Source: Cyanidioschyzon merolae
Taxonomy: Eukaryota
Assembly: GCA_000091205.1 (NCBI GenBank)
Contig: AP006497.2
Length of the DNA stretch: 64,000 nucleotides
Direction: 5' to 3' (one strand)
In this document: one piece after another, positions 30,733 to 41,992 of the stretch
Numbering within the stretch: position 1 is the stretch's first letter
Layout: the number at the start of each line of letters is the position of its first letter
Program-made: the position numbers and the translations under genes
Notes under the pieces: generated by a model
Databases searched by the model: none
The model's input: the letters and a program-made list of their open reading frames with translations, nothing else
Told to the model about the DNA's origin: nothing

Positions 30733-31844
30733 TTAGATTCGATCCAATGGTACAGGAGCCTGCGCAGCATCGTCGCCCTCTTCGACGCACCGTTGTACGT
30801 ACTCCTCGAACGATTCAAAATCATACCGAAACTGACCTAATTTGGCACGCGAACGTGAAGTATCGAAACGCTTTCCCGCTGGTCGAGCACTGCCACCACC
30901 ACGAACGGCTTCCGATTCTGCGGTAAAGACAGGCATTGGGCTCTTTGCGTACATCGGATGTCGTCGAGCGACCTCGCAGATCTCACGTCGCGAGAGCGGC
31001 TTTGCATCGGCAACGACAAGCGTCTCGCGCTCGAGACCCGGTTGCTCCAGTGCCGCTACAACCGCACGTGCCGCGTCATGGTAGCTTACGAGACTGATGA
31101 GCCCGTCGGGTGGACCACCAGTGACGGTTCCCCGACTAAGCCAGAAGCGGTGCGGGCCGCGTTCCAACGTGTACAGGCCGGCCAATCGAAGCACCGTACC
31201 GCCGGCATCGCGTACGACTTGTTCACACGCCAGAAGTTTCAGTGCCGACGGTGACGCGCCCGGCTCCGTCGGGTCCGTCACCACAGGCGAGTCTTCGCGA
31301 AGCACCGTCGGCGTCAAAGGCTCGCGGTACACGCCGATGGAAGAGGTGAAAACAAACGCAGCCGTTTCGGTGTCTGGTGTGCGTGCGACCCAGTATCGCT
31401 CCACTGCGCGACGAACCGCGGCAACATAGTCCTCGTTTTGCGACGGTGGTGCACAGAAGACGACGCGACGAAAGCGATCGAGACCGTAAGTTGCGGCATC
31501 CGCAAGCCGCAGTTCCAGAAACGGCAGGGTCGCACGCAGGACGCCGTGCGACGCAGGTGTGCGGCTCTCAGCCACAATTCGGGACGACGGGTATTTTTCG
31601 TGCCACATCGCAGCCACCGCACGACCAAGCACTCCTGGTCCGACGATCAGTAGCTCGTTCGGGTCCGCGGGTGGCCTGCTGGCGGACTCGTTGCCAGCGA
31701 GCATCCTGGTCGTTGCGCCGCCTCTCAAATGGACACCGTTTCGAACACTGCTCCCGTTCCGATTGCGAACGCTTTCACAAGCTGGTCTAGAGTGGCGTCC
31801 ACGTGCCTCTGGTCCTAGCCGCCAAAGCGCAAGCGCTACGAACA
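30733..31844 (-). CDS. NAD(P)-binding Rossmann-fold protein of the NAD-dependent epimerase/dehydratase-like family.
   Basis: LLIVGPGVLGRAVAAM carries the GxGxxG dinucleotide-binding motif, and an SDR-like layout follows. The first ATG is at 31844, since the track start is TTG. Confidence 0.55.
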
Positions 31845-32772
31845 TGAGTCGTTTAGGCAACGGGATGACGTGTTCTACAGTAGGTTTTTCGCTGCGCTGG
31901 AAACGCGACGTCGTACGCGATCACAAAGCGGCAGCGACGTCTAGTGTGCAGTAATGTGTAGGTAGATTCTAAAATATTCAGTATTGTCCAGTTGCTTTGT
32001 ACAGCATCACGAAGATCGCGTCGATCCACATCTCCGAGAATGTTGGCGTCTCTGTGCGATACCCGTATGCACAGTCTGTTTCGTGCGGTACGCCTGGGGC
32101 GTACCCAGCATACGCTGCTGACACCACCAGCTACGGATGTCGTGTGCATGCATCGAACAGTGCGTGTTCGGAGATTGCAGGACAAGTTGTAGCTGCCGGA
32201 GCCGGGTCCATAAGCGCTGGATCGGGACAACTCGGGGAATGCACCGAGTTGGGAGCCATCATAAGCGGTGCACACGTTGGATAGATTTGTCGCTGTCGCG
32301 CGTTTCACGAAGCGAATCTCGACAGCTAATCACCTGGACGGGTCGTGTGCACGTGAAGATCGCGGAGTCAGCGTGTGTGTCGACGCGCAGAATTCGTTGG
32401 GTTCTGGCGTCGACAGATGCCCTCGACTGTGCAGCGCGCCGTGCTTGTTCACCATGGTGCCGGTCCAACAGACCCAAAGTTTGAAACTTGCCTGCCGTGT
32501 TAGGTGTCAGGGGTCCATCGCGAGCTTCCAAAAAATATTTCGGAAAGCGTTCTATTCTTGCGCTGCAGCGGTGCCAGCGGCCTTGCCATGCGTCTGGTGC
32601 TTGCCGAACCGCACGCGAGTCGTCATGATCAGACACAATGCATATCGTACTCGCTTGCGCTGTCGCAGAGCGAGCGCAATCCTTGTAGCACGCTGGTGTC
32701 GTTGCTCTCTCGGACAGACGGCACGCGGAGAATGCACTGATGCAGACGAGCCACCGCAGGCATGGCGTTCGC

Positions 32773-35169
32773 CTACTGCGCTTGGCCCACGGCCGGTGAA
32801 TCCCGCGCTGGACTTTTGGCATCACATCGGCTATCACAAGCTGATCCCGCCTGCGCTCGAGGTCGTATACTGAACAAATATCCGTCGGCATGTGCCGTAC
32901 GCTTTGGTGAGCTCGGAAATACATGGCGCTCGGGCGCAGGGATCGGTTCGATGATGAAGCCACGAGCAAGCATTTCGTTCTCCGCCGTAATTCGCTGGCG
33001 GCGCAGCGCCTCATCAGCACTGAGATCGTCATCTGGATACAGTTTCTCAGCGGCACACACGTGCCAATCTATGGGTGCTCGTAGCACGTCTGGATCGCCT
33101 TCGCGATTGAAGGTTCCCACAGTCTTAACATCTTGTGGTAACCGACCACGTTTGGGTATCCATAAGAAATGACTGCCTTCATAATAGCAGCACTCCAGGG
33201 CGCGCTGAAAATCGATCGTTTCAAAAGTCAGGTGGGGATACTTGGCCTCGTCCATACACATGACCGATTCATGAGCATCCTGTGCATCCTCGAAAAAAGC
33301 GATCGCCGGTCCGAACGGAGTATCGACCGCGATCAATTCGTATATGGGAAACTCCTCATCAGACCGGATATACGATAGCACGGAAACTTCCTCGACATCC
33401 GTGAACGAGACGCGGACAGGATCACTTACCGGTTCGTGGACACCCTTTGCATTGCCGATTCCGTCGTCAGGAGTCCATCGCTCCTCGTCCACAGGCGGCC
33501 GGCTGGACGTGCGCTCATCCAAATCTCGAGGTAGCAAAGCGAGTGGCGAGCGCTCTGCCCCATGCTCTGCAGGTACGAGGTGTCTCGGCTCCGGTGCTAC
33601 GACTGGAAACGATGACGCTGTGGCGCTTCCAGTCGATCGAGCTCGGCCAGCATCCCCTGATCCCGTACTGCTCGGTTCCGCGGATGTGTCGCTGTCAGCA
33701 GTCGCACGACAGCCACCTGTACCGCGTTCCACTGACGCGGGTACAGAGCCGGCCTGCGAGCGCAGCGGATCGCACGATCTATGACAAGGCGTCATCGGGC
33801 CACTGGTGCCACCGAGAAAGGAACTGGAGCGGGATCCTACCCCTGGCGTCGCCCCCGATGTCCAGTTCCTCGTCATTTTGGTCTCATTGAGCCAAAAAGG
33901 ATTCCACTCAGCTAACTCGCGTTCCCATGCAGCAACAGCTGACCGTTTCACAGCGTCAAGAACAAAAGTGGGCGGTGATTCAAAAGTGGGTAGGCCGACT
34001 TGCTCCCAAATGAAATCCCAGAGGCGCTCGAGCCACCGCAGAGGACTTCCACGACCACTGATCCCGATGTCACGGTCCATTGGTGGCCCTGGAAGGCAGT
34101 CCGCTGACAACGACGGTGCTCCGGATGTCGCATCATACTCTGACACGACGGACTGCTGGCTGTCGTCCGCCCAGGGCCCAAAGCCAAGAAGCCCCCAGAG
34201 ACCACCGCCCCCGCCTAACCCTCGTTTTCGGCGCCAGCGTTGGAGCATTATCTTGTTGATCTCGTTCAGACGCAACCGGAAATCGTCTTCCGAGCTTGAA
34301 AAACTCGCTGGAAGAACCGCGGGGCTCGGGGGCCGCCGCCCTCCAATCGCCACCGTCGACCCGCCTAGCACAGGCTGCTTCGACAGGCTCTCGTTCAATT
34401 TCACCAGTTCTCCAAAAAGCTCCCGCCAACGCAAGCGCTCTGCCTCCTCCGTTTCCACCGCATTCTCTGAGGCGCCAGTCCCGACCGCTAGCGCAGCTCG
34501 CGGCAAGCAGCGAACGCGAGGTATCCCCGGTCGCTCACGCACCAACAACGTAGACGGTGTCACAACACGTCCATTCGAGCAGCCCGCGCTCAGCGTTGTT
34601 GAACTCGGCGATACATAGCCAACACTGAGGCCAGAATCAACCGAGCTCGACTCATGAGAACGCCACCACTGGCTCCGACCTGGAGGCGGCGAAGGCGTTT
34701 CCGTAACAGCTGTAGTGCGCTGCGGTGGACGCTTCCACGCATACGGCCAAACAGACGCCTGTAGTGCGCGCTGCCGCCCGGGCTGTGTTGCGGCAAGTGC
34801 GTTCGTTGCCTCCGATCGAGCCTGTGCGGGCTTCAGCCAAAACATATGCGTCGTGTTAGAAGGAGCCGTGCCCAGGCCTATAGTCCAATGAAAGACGACG
34901 AGTAGCGCGCACTGTTCAAGCGCGTGCGCGCCATCGACGTATCGAGCGCGCCCGGCGGGATTTGGAAATGGGTGCGCAGCGCGCCGAGACGTTGAGATCG
35001 CGCCTTCGGCATCATGGACGCGCACGTCGGTTGCTCGCCGCAAATTGCCACGCACGCGATGGGGTCTAGAAGAAACTGTAATAATTTGTAGATTTATGGA
35101 TGGTATGGATAAGAGGGGACACAGTGCTTGGACGCGCGATCGCCGCAGCTGGGACACGAATGGACACAA
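32773..35169 (-). CDS. Hypothetical protein. Only the C-terminal third looks like a genuine conserved domain. The N-terminal part overlaps decayed TnpB/Fanzor copy 2 and may be a spurious extension.
   Basis: It is a long S/P/R-rich ORF. The C-terminal region is non-repetitive (...EFPIYELIAVDTPFGPAIAFFEDAQDAHESVMCMDEAKYPHLTFETIDFQRALECCYYEGSHFLWIPKRGRLPQDVKTVG...). Confidence 0.3.
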   Translation of the reverse strand: MCPFVSQLRRSRVQALCPLLSIPSINLQIITVSSRPHRVRGNLRRATDVRVHDAEGAISTSRRAAHPFPNPAGRARYVDGAHALEQCALLVVFHWTIGLGTAPSNTTHMFWLKPAQARSEATNALAATQPGRQRALQASVWPYAWKRPPQRTTAVTETPSPPPGRSQWWRSHESSSVDSGLSVGYVSPSSTTLSAGCSNGRVVTPSTLLVRERPGIPRVRCLPRAALAVGTGASENAVETEEAERLRWRELFGELVKLNESLSKQPVLGGSTVAIGGRRPPSPAVLPASFSSSEDDFRLRLNEINKIMLQRWRRKRGLGGGGGLWGLLGFGPWADDSQQSVVSEYDATSGAPSLSADCLPGPPMDRDIGISGRGSPLRWLERLWDFIWEQVGLPTFESPPTFVLDAVKRSAVAAWERELAEWNPFWLNETKMTRNWTSGATPGVGSRSSSFLGGTSGPMTPCHRSCDPLRSQAGSVPASVERGTGGCRATADSDTSAEPSSTGSGDAGRARSTGSATASSFPVVAPEPRHLVPAEHGAERSPLALLPRDLDERTSSRPPVDEERWTPDDGIGNAKGVHEPVSDPVRVSFTDVEEVSVLSYIRSDEEFPIYELIAVDTPFGPAIAFFEDAQDAHESVMCMDEAKYPHLTFETIDFQRALECCYYEGSHFLWIPKRGRLPQDVKTVGTFNREGDPDVLRAPIDWHVCAAEKLYPDDDLSADEALRRQRITAENEMLARGFIIEPIPAPERHVFPSSPKRTAHADGYLFSIRPRAQAGSACDSRCDAKSPARDSPAVGQAQ

Positions 35170-36160
35170 GCAGGGCGCTGATGCTCGGTGCTCCCGGAGC
35201 GCGCTGCACGCATCACAGAGGCTTCATTCGTTCTCCTGTGTGTGATGTCTTCTCGTCGACGAATCCGTTCTCATCTTCATGCTGGCGATCGTTGTTCGAG
35301 CCATGGATGATGGCACATCTCGCCTTGCGAGAGCCGCCCGGGTACAGCGCAAAGATGGAGGGTATCATGAAACGTTCGGGGTTCATGTTCATATGGTTGT
35401 TCGGGTTCGCGAGGTACTTGATTGCGCCGTATTCGTAAACAACCGAGTCGCCCCTGAATAAAATAACGTTGAAGCGGTATTCAGCATAATTTTCATGGAG
35501 GGCATGCACTCGCTCGTTTCTCCTCGACGTTTCCCCCGTGCCAAGCATTAGGCGTCTGTTGCAGGTAACGTTGAAAAGCTCCTCCGGAACCTCGACCGTT
35601 TTCAATTCCATAACGTAATCGTACATCTCTTTCAATAAATGGATTATTCCTGAAGAAGCCTTGCAAACACTCAAGGAGCTGGACGCGACACGGTTTCTGA
35701 TAGCCTCTGGCAGCTTTTCCTCATAGGGATCCTTGATATTCCATAGAAGAAAGGCTTTCACCTCTATCTCGTCGATCTGCAATCTTTCGGCTAGCTTCTG
35801 ACGTCGGACCTCCGGCTTTCGCTTCTTTTCTTCTCCTGTTCCTTTTTACTCGGTTGTGAATTTCGTGTTGTTCTGGCAGCCGGTGATACCGGCCCAGCAA
35901 GATCCTCGACTTCCTTCTGCATAATGCTATGTTTTTGGAAGAAACACACTTTGAACGCATCTGCTATAAACCGTGAAAAATCTCTTGAATCCACTTACTT
36001 GACGCTTGAAGCACAACTGAAATGAAAGACTGTATTTTGTCACAACTTTAACCGAAATATATCTTGTACGGTAGAACGAAACGCTATTCGTTAGAAGCGC
36101 GTTCCTCCTCAACGGCGAGATGCGCGTCGTTGCTCTCGGCTGCGGAATATGGAGGTGCGC
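35000..36160 (-). mobile_element. Decayed N-terminal fragment of a TnpB/Fanzor-like element (copy 2) with a conserved 5' leader.
   Basis: The peptide at 35213-35782 is homologous to copy 1, matching both its N-terminal segment (3794-4084) and the start of its middle segment. The leader at 35950-36160 aligns with 4190-4395. Protein-level similarity continues about 60 nt past the stop at 35213 (HEDENGFVDEKTSHTGERMKPL*CVQRAPGA against HQDEVEFAGEKGSNESTNEASVIRAVLQAHRA). Confidence 0.55.
35213..35782 (-). pseudogene. Truncated N-terminal portion of a TnpB/Fanzor-like nuclease (copy 2).
   Basis: MQIDEIEVKAFLLWNIKDPYEEKL...IKYLANPNNHMNMNPERFMIPSIFALYPGGSRKARCAIIHGSNNDRQHEDENGFVDEKTSH aligns with the copy 1 segments. 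Confidence 0.55.
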
Positions 36161-36856
36161 GACCCGACCCCAATATATAGAACAAAGAGCAGAAACTAAC
36201 CACTAACTTGCAACGACGTTACGATTTCTTTCCCTCTCTATGATAAACATGAAAAGAGGGTAGGGCTTTTCGTGCTGTCGAACGTTCGCCTTCTAGGCCG
36301 AGGTTCCCGCGGGCCGGACGAGTCTGCCGTGCAATCGCTCCGTATTCCTCTGCAGTGGCAGGTGCTGTGGTGAGATCTGAGCAACTCTTCTGCAGCGCAG
36401 GTAATTCTGGGACTCGGAGCGGGTAGCATGCGTCTGGGCGTTGCGCTTGTCCTAGTGGACATCTAGTGTGTCGCTTCGCGCTGTCGCAGGTAGTACGTTT
36501 GTCTGTGCAGATCGCAGGCTCCCAGCATGATAACTAGCCCTGATTCCGTGTCAGATGGAGCATCCCTCGATCCGACGCCCTATGCGGTTTGGCAAAGCCG
36601 TTCCAGCGTGGTGCTGCATCCCTACCAACGATATAGGCGCTTTGGCTGGAACTCAAAGCAGGCACTCGGCATAAGATAGAGCCTAGGAAAACGCCAGCAC
36701 ATCCGAGAGGAAGTAAAACGAACGGAGCCTGGAAACAGAGCGTGGAATCATGGATACGTCAACGCGCGCTATTCTCAAGGGCATCGGTCACGGAACGCTG
36801 GCCTCTGTGTCAACGACTCGCTCGAAACCGAATTCCGTTACGTCTCGCCTCTTCGT

Positions 36857-38266
36857 ATGCGTGCGCTTTGGCAGAGACTCGCACGAGCGCCGAGAGAGTT
36901 GTGGCTCATCTACTTGTTGAAACTACTCTCTTCCTATGCATACTTCAGTCTCTCGTTAGCGCTCGTCCTCTACCTGTCAGAGACGCTCGGCTACGATGAC
37001 GAAACTGCAGGTCTACTGTACGGGCTCTACGGGGTCGTTGCCAGCGCGTACGGCCTTGCGAGTGGCTGGCTCATCGATCGTCTGGGAGCACGTCGATCGT
37101 TGCTTTTCGGTGCAGCGCTGGGCACGCTTGGGCGCACTGCTTTGGCGGTGCTTTCGCAACGCCTCGTGGTGACAACGCTGCTGGTCACGGTGCTTCCGTT
37201 CGCCGAGTGTCTTGGGGTGCCTGTGCTAACAATATGCATCAAGCGGTATACGAGTGGCAAAGACGGTACTCGCACAGTGGCGTACTCGTTGTTCTACACG
37301 GTCATGAACGTTGCAGCGCTCTTGGCCGGGCCTGCCGTGGACCTCTGCCACCGATTCTGGGACTTGCGCGCCCTCTTCTGGACCTGTGCGCTCGCCAGCG
37401 CGGCCATGTTCGGTATCATCCTCCTGGGCGTCCGTGAAATCGAAGTCGACGCAGAAGGCCGAACTCGTGATTTTGTTTCACCGTTTGCGGGAGAGACGGT
37501 TTTGGAATCCCTGCGGCGCCTGGCCGTGGACCAGCGCTTCTGGCGCCTGCTCGTTTTCACGACGCTCATTGTGGGTGTTCGACTCATTTTCCGGCACCTG
37601 GACGCAACATTACCCAAGTATATGACTCGAGTGTTCGGTGAAAGTGCCCCATTCGGACTATTCTATGCAATTAATCCATTCATGATCATCACTCTGGTGC
37701 CGGTTCTTGGCGTTTACACCAGTCATATCGATCATTTCCAGATGATCCTATACGGATCATTTCTTTCGGGATTCTCGGTGTTTTGGATGATGCTCGGTGA
37801 TCGGTACTGGACGGTGGCTTTGTTCATCATGACGCTGTCTCTGGGCGAAGCGGTGTACTCGCCGCGGGTGTACGATTACACAATGGCAATCGCTGCGCGT
37901 GGTAGCGAGGGCACCTACACCTCGTTGGCGAGCCTGCCACTATTCGGCGTACAGTTTTTCACTGGCTGGATGAGCGGCACCTTGCTGCAGCGATATTGTC
38001 CTGCGAGCCCGGCCAGCGCTCGGCAGCCTCGAAAAATGTGGTTCATTATCGCGTTGGCAACCGCTTGGTCCCCACTAGGAATGTGGTTTGCTCGCAACTG
38101 GCTACGAACGGACGTTGCGTCGCGAAAGGCGACCGCATCCGCGGACGCATCACCGGCGAATGCCAATGTCGAGTACGCAACGACAGTTGAGGCCCCGGAT
38201 GCCGAACAAATGACGAAGCGAGCTGTACCCGAAGACAGCATTAGCCAAAGCGTATCAATTGAATAA
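36857..38266 (+). CDS. Major facilitator superfamily transporter.
   Basis: 469 aa with an ATG start. It has about 12 hydrophobic segments and the MFS-like motif GWLIDRLGARRSLLFGAALGTLG after TM2. Confidence 0.7.
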   Translation: MRALWQRLARAPRELWLIYLLKLLSSYAYFSLSLALVLYLSETLGYDDETAGLLYGLYGVVASAYGLASGWLIDRLGARRSLLFGAALGTLGRTALAVLSQRLVVTTLLVTVLPFAECLGVPVLTICIKRYTSGKDGTRTVAYSLFYTVMNVAALLAGPAVDLCHRFWDLRALFWTCALASAAMFGIILLGVREIEVDAEGRTRDFVSPFAGETVLESLRRLAVDQRFWRLLVFTTLIVGVRLIFRHLDATLPKYMTRVFGESAPFGLFYAINPFMIITLVPVLGVYTSHIDHFQMILYGSFLSGFSVFWMMLGDRYWTVALFIMTLSLGEAVYSPRVYDYTMAIAARGSEGTYTSLASLPLFGVQFFTGWMSGTLLQRYCPASPASARQPRKMWFIIALATAWSPLGMWFARNWLRTDVASRKATASADASPANANVEYATTVEAPDAEQMTKRAVPEDSISQSVSIE

Positions 38267-39768
38267 TCTTGTCAAGGCGGACGGCCCCGATCGTTGATCA
38301 GGTAGTACATACAAAACGATACCGAGCGGATGTTATCGCCACGATGGATGATCGCTAGCAGCCGCCAAGTCACAGGAAAAAGGCTCCAAATGCTTCGTAC
38401 GCGTCGTCATGCACGGCATACGACGCGACTCCAGTCTCGATATCGCGTTGGTTCGCTCTTGATGCGGCTCCGTCGAGTCACGTTTCCGAATACGGCACGC
38501 TCACCATGACTCGGTCTGAAGCCTTCGGTCATACCAAACAACATAGCAGCAGCGTAGCGGCTGTACCCGAACAATGAGATTCGTTGTGAGTTATCGTGTG
38601 GCATTCATGGCGAGGTCGCAACGCTAGCACTCCCTGAACCAGGCTTGTTACCCGAGCACAGTGGATAGACCAGGAGCTGCAGGACGTCTGCAACCCTCAT
38701 GGAGCGCGCTCAGTCGAACACACTACAATACAAGGGCCCGCTCTTCAGCTGTGATGATTCGTCACCACATGTATCCGAGCTAATCGGGGCACGCCTCTGA
38801 ATCATCACGCTCTGGGGCACCGATGTCGTTGCCGGTACCCCGCTGCGTTCGAATCATGAACGCCCAAGCCGTGTTACTCGTTTCGCGAAAGCAATGATAT
38901 TGCTGCCGATTCCGCGTGAATCGTAGGGATTTCTTTACGAACAAGCGGTGATTGCGCAAACCTGCTCCCGACCTTGCAGGCCGCTGTGCTCCATCGACGC
39001 TCGTTCACCCGGCAAATACGAGACTTTATGGGTAAGGGTATGCATGGGCTCGATGGCAAGCGACCGAGCGCGACTCCAAGGAACGGCACGCATCATCCTT
39101 CGACAGGCAAGATACAATATCAACGCTCATGGTCAGCGCGTTTCCCCCCTAAGATATCCTGAGCGCATCGTTCCGGTACAATCGCTCGTTACCATCAGAT
39201 ATCGAGTGCGTTGCGTACTGCCAAACTCGATACGATGCGAGATATGTTTTTTCCCCAGAGATGACAATAGCTACCAGGCAAGCGTTGCGAGGGACTTTTC
39301 GTCGGTTGCAGAGCCCCATGCAGGCATCGCGTGCAGTTGTTGCGGCAGATATGGCAACACCGATGATCAGCTCGTTCGCATCTGCCCGTGACATGCACGA
39401 ATACATCATGATATACGGTACCCGCGATGCATCGTAATTGCAGCGCTTGGCCAGACGACGACACCCGTCGGCATTGCGCTCCATTCCCGCACACAATCCA
39501 CAAAGATAGCATCCTATGGAGTATGGTTTCCGCGCTATGAAGGCAGCGCTCGGTCACGGGGTTGCGTATGTCACCGAAACTTGCACTGTCGTTGCGCCTT
39601 GGTCGTACCCTGGTAGACGTCACCCGATTCGGCCCATGCCTGGCGATTGTTGTTGCACTCGCTTACAGTACAATGCAGTTCAGCGTTGAAGCGCTTCTAG
39701 CGCAAGCGCTGAACTGCCCCTCAACGCCTACACAGATGCAGGAACCCAGCAGGAACCTAAATTGCAGA

Positions 39769-40929
39769 TCAACGAGACCAGCGCAAAAGTCCGCGATGTA
39801 GTTGCACTTCGAGGAGCTCGGCTCCAACCTCTCGTACAAGGCGATTCAGAATGGAGAGCTGCTGCCCCGATTGCGATATCAGGTTCACAACGCAGCCGCG
39901 GCGGTGAAAACGCCCAGTCCGGCCTGCACGATGTGCGTAGTGAATGGGGTCGGTCGGCAAGCCCGCTGCGTTGATGACAAGCCCCACATCCGGGAAATCG
40001 AGACCGCGAGCTGTCAGTTCCGTTGTAACCAGCACTCGAATGATGCCGTTCCGAAAGTAGTCCATGACTTGTGCCCGTTGAAACTTGCTTTTTCGGGGAC
40101 CGCTGCCCTCTATGCGGCCGGATAAGGCTGCCGCAATGACGCCTCGTGCATCGAGTCTCTCTGCGTAAATATCTGCCGTGCGTTGATCAGGCACGAACAC
40201 CAGAGTCTGTATCACAGCTTCGTTGGTGAGTTCAAGATTCTCGGTGCGGAGATGATCGGGATCGTCCCAGGATTGCTTCAGTGGATCCACGGGAGACACC
40301 AGCAATCGGGTGACGGCATAGGTGAGCCTCCGAATGGTGTCCATTCGCAGATGGTCCGGCACCTTGAGGTAAAAATGACGGATGGATTTCGGTAGCAGTG
40401 CCTGGCTGGTGTCGGCACCATGCCCGGTGCGCAGTAGGAATGGTTGCTTACGCGTGCACTGTAGCGCCGTTCGCAAAACGTGCGGCTGATCGCTAGTTGC
40501 CGAAACAAAAACAAACTGGCGCTCCTTTCCAGACGACGTCGGCGAGCGAAAATGGCGCAACAAGCGCTCTGTTTCCTCTAAGTGAACACCTTCGAGCAGG
40601 CGGTCTGCCTCATCGAGCACCACGGTTTCGAACGAGGCCGCGGGAAGCCTACGACCTCTGCGATCGATCATCACCTCGATCAGGCGTCCCGGGGTACCCA
40701 CAATGACCTGCGGTGGCAACTTGCGGAGGCGCTCGAGCTGTCTCTCCACACTGGTCAGGCCGATCAGGCCCTGCGCTCGAATGCTCAAGGATGCAAAACG
40801 CTCACATTCGCGGACGACCTGAACGACTAGTTCCTGACTCGGAACCATGACGAGTAAGGTAGGCGCGCTTCGTGCCGAGCCCCGCTCAATCTCCTCGCAA
40901 AGAGTATCGATCGTTGGTAGCAGATATGC
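39769..40929 (-). CDS. DEAD-box ATP-dependent RNA helicase, exon 2. It holds motifs Ia through VI.
   Basis: The motifs are LLVMVPSQELVVQ (Ia), TPGRL (Ib), VLDEADRLL (II), VSAT (III) and ARGLDFPDVGLVINAAGLPTDPIHYAHRAGRTGR (V/VI). The acceptor tttag|GCATATCTGCTACCA reads AYLLP in frame after exon 1. Confidence 0.85.
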   Translation of the reverse strand, partial: AYLLPTIDTLCEEIERGSARSAPTLLVMVPSQELVVQVVRECERFASLSIRAQGLIGLTSVERQLERLRKLPPQVIVGTPGRLIEVMIDRRGRRLPAASFETVVLDEADRLLEGVHLEETERLLRHFRSPTSSGKERQFVFVSATSDQPHVLRTALQCTRKQPFLLRTGHGADTSQALLPKSIRHFYLKVPDHLRMDTIRRLTYAVTRLLVSPVDPLKQSWDDPDHLRTENLELTNEAVIQTLVFVPDQRTADIYAERLDARGVIAAALSGRIEGSGPRKSKFQRAQVMDYFRNGIIRVLVTTELTARGLDFPDVGLVINAAGLPTDPIHYAHRAGRTGRFHRRGCVVNLISQSGQQLSILNRLVREVGAELLEVQLHRGLLRWSR

Positions 40930-41230
40930 CTAAACTCGATGCCAGCTCACTTCAATGGTTAGTTTTCTTGTTCGCTTTCAGCAGGAGCACTGAGGCTCGC
41001 GCTTCCGTTGCCCGGCCTGGAGCGGCAGGGCATGACGACTCGAGCGAGTCTCGGTCTCCCGAAGCAACCCTCGCGTCGTTCAACCGACGGAAAGTCTCTT
41101 TGCTCTCGGCCGCATTCCATCGATAGGACGCTAAGCGCTCAGCAACGCGACTGGCGCTCGCCGCCGCGTCGTCCGATCGTCAAACTTCGGCCTAGTTCCT
41201 CAAAGCCGCAGCGCATAATCCATAACTTAC
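40930..41230 (-). other. Spliceosomal intron of 301 nt in the DEAD-box helicase gene, phase 0.
   Basis: The minus-strand donor GTAAGTT follows ...GSGKTW directly. The acceptor TTTAG precedes AYLLPTIDTL. Joining the exons restores the canonical GSGKT-W-AYLLP motif I context. Confidence 0.8.
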
Positions 41231-41992
41231 CCATGTCTTCCCGGAGCCTGTAGGCGCCTTAATCACGCCGCTCTGACCTGTTCTCAAAAGAGGAATCGCA
41301 CGACGCTGCACCAAGGTCGGTGCGTTGATGCCGTTTGCAGCCAGTATCGCCCGCACTTTTGCATTCGCGACCAGAGCGGAAAAGTCAGCGTCAGCATTCG
41401 CTATCTCCGCTTCGCTGTCACCGGGTATGAGATACGAGTCTATCAGGGAAGCCGACGCTGCTTCCACCTGCTCAGCTGGGCTCTTTTCGACCGCCGGAGA
41501 CGGCGGCAGCTTCGCAGATGAACCCGAACGTTGCCGTCGCTTTTCACCTGGGGGTGAAGCCAAGGCTTCTTGCCCGTTGCCGTTCCGTTTCTGTGCAAAG
41601 CTAGCTGGTTTACCATAGCCGTTTTTAGGGCCGTCACGAGCACTCGGTGGACCGGAAGCATCCCGACGTCGCGGGCGCTCGCGAGCCATGCACCACCAGC
41701 GATGCCGGCTGTAGCAACGTTCGCTGCTCCTCTCCAAAGCAGTGGAATTGTGCTTTCTCGCTGAGGGCACACTTGGGCTCAACGCAATCCAAGACGGTAT
41801 TTCCGTAATCGCCATCGAAAGAAAACCTCTTGAAGCACGCTCAGCGAAGAGGCCGTCGAGTCCAGCGGTGCCAGGACGCTGTGCACGTCGCCGCGGGGCA
41901 CTGGAATGACCCTCGCCCTCCTGCAACCCGCGCTGCACCTTGTTGTGCTGAACGAGTTGATCGTCGTAGAGGTAATCACGCGGTTTCCGCAT
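41231..41992 (-). CDS. DEAD-box ATP-dependent RNA helicase, exon 1. It holds the N-terminal extension, the Q-motif and motif I.
   Basis: ...APTLVQRRAIPLLRTGQSGVIKAPTGSGKTW carries the Q motif and the Walker A motif AxTGSGKT. ATG at 41992. Confidence 0.8.

Noticed and set aside
39769-41992. Kinetoplastid origin, since trypanosomatids have an intron in essentially only a DEAD-box helicase and PAP.
   Set aside because: Genes here alternate strand every 1-3 kb instead of forming long same-strand polycistronic clusters. A plastid-type translocator with a transit peptide is present. GC3 bias is moderate.
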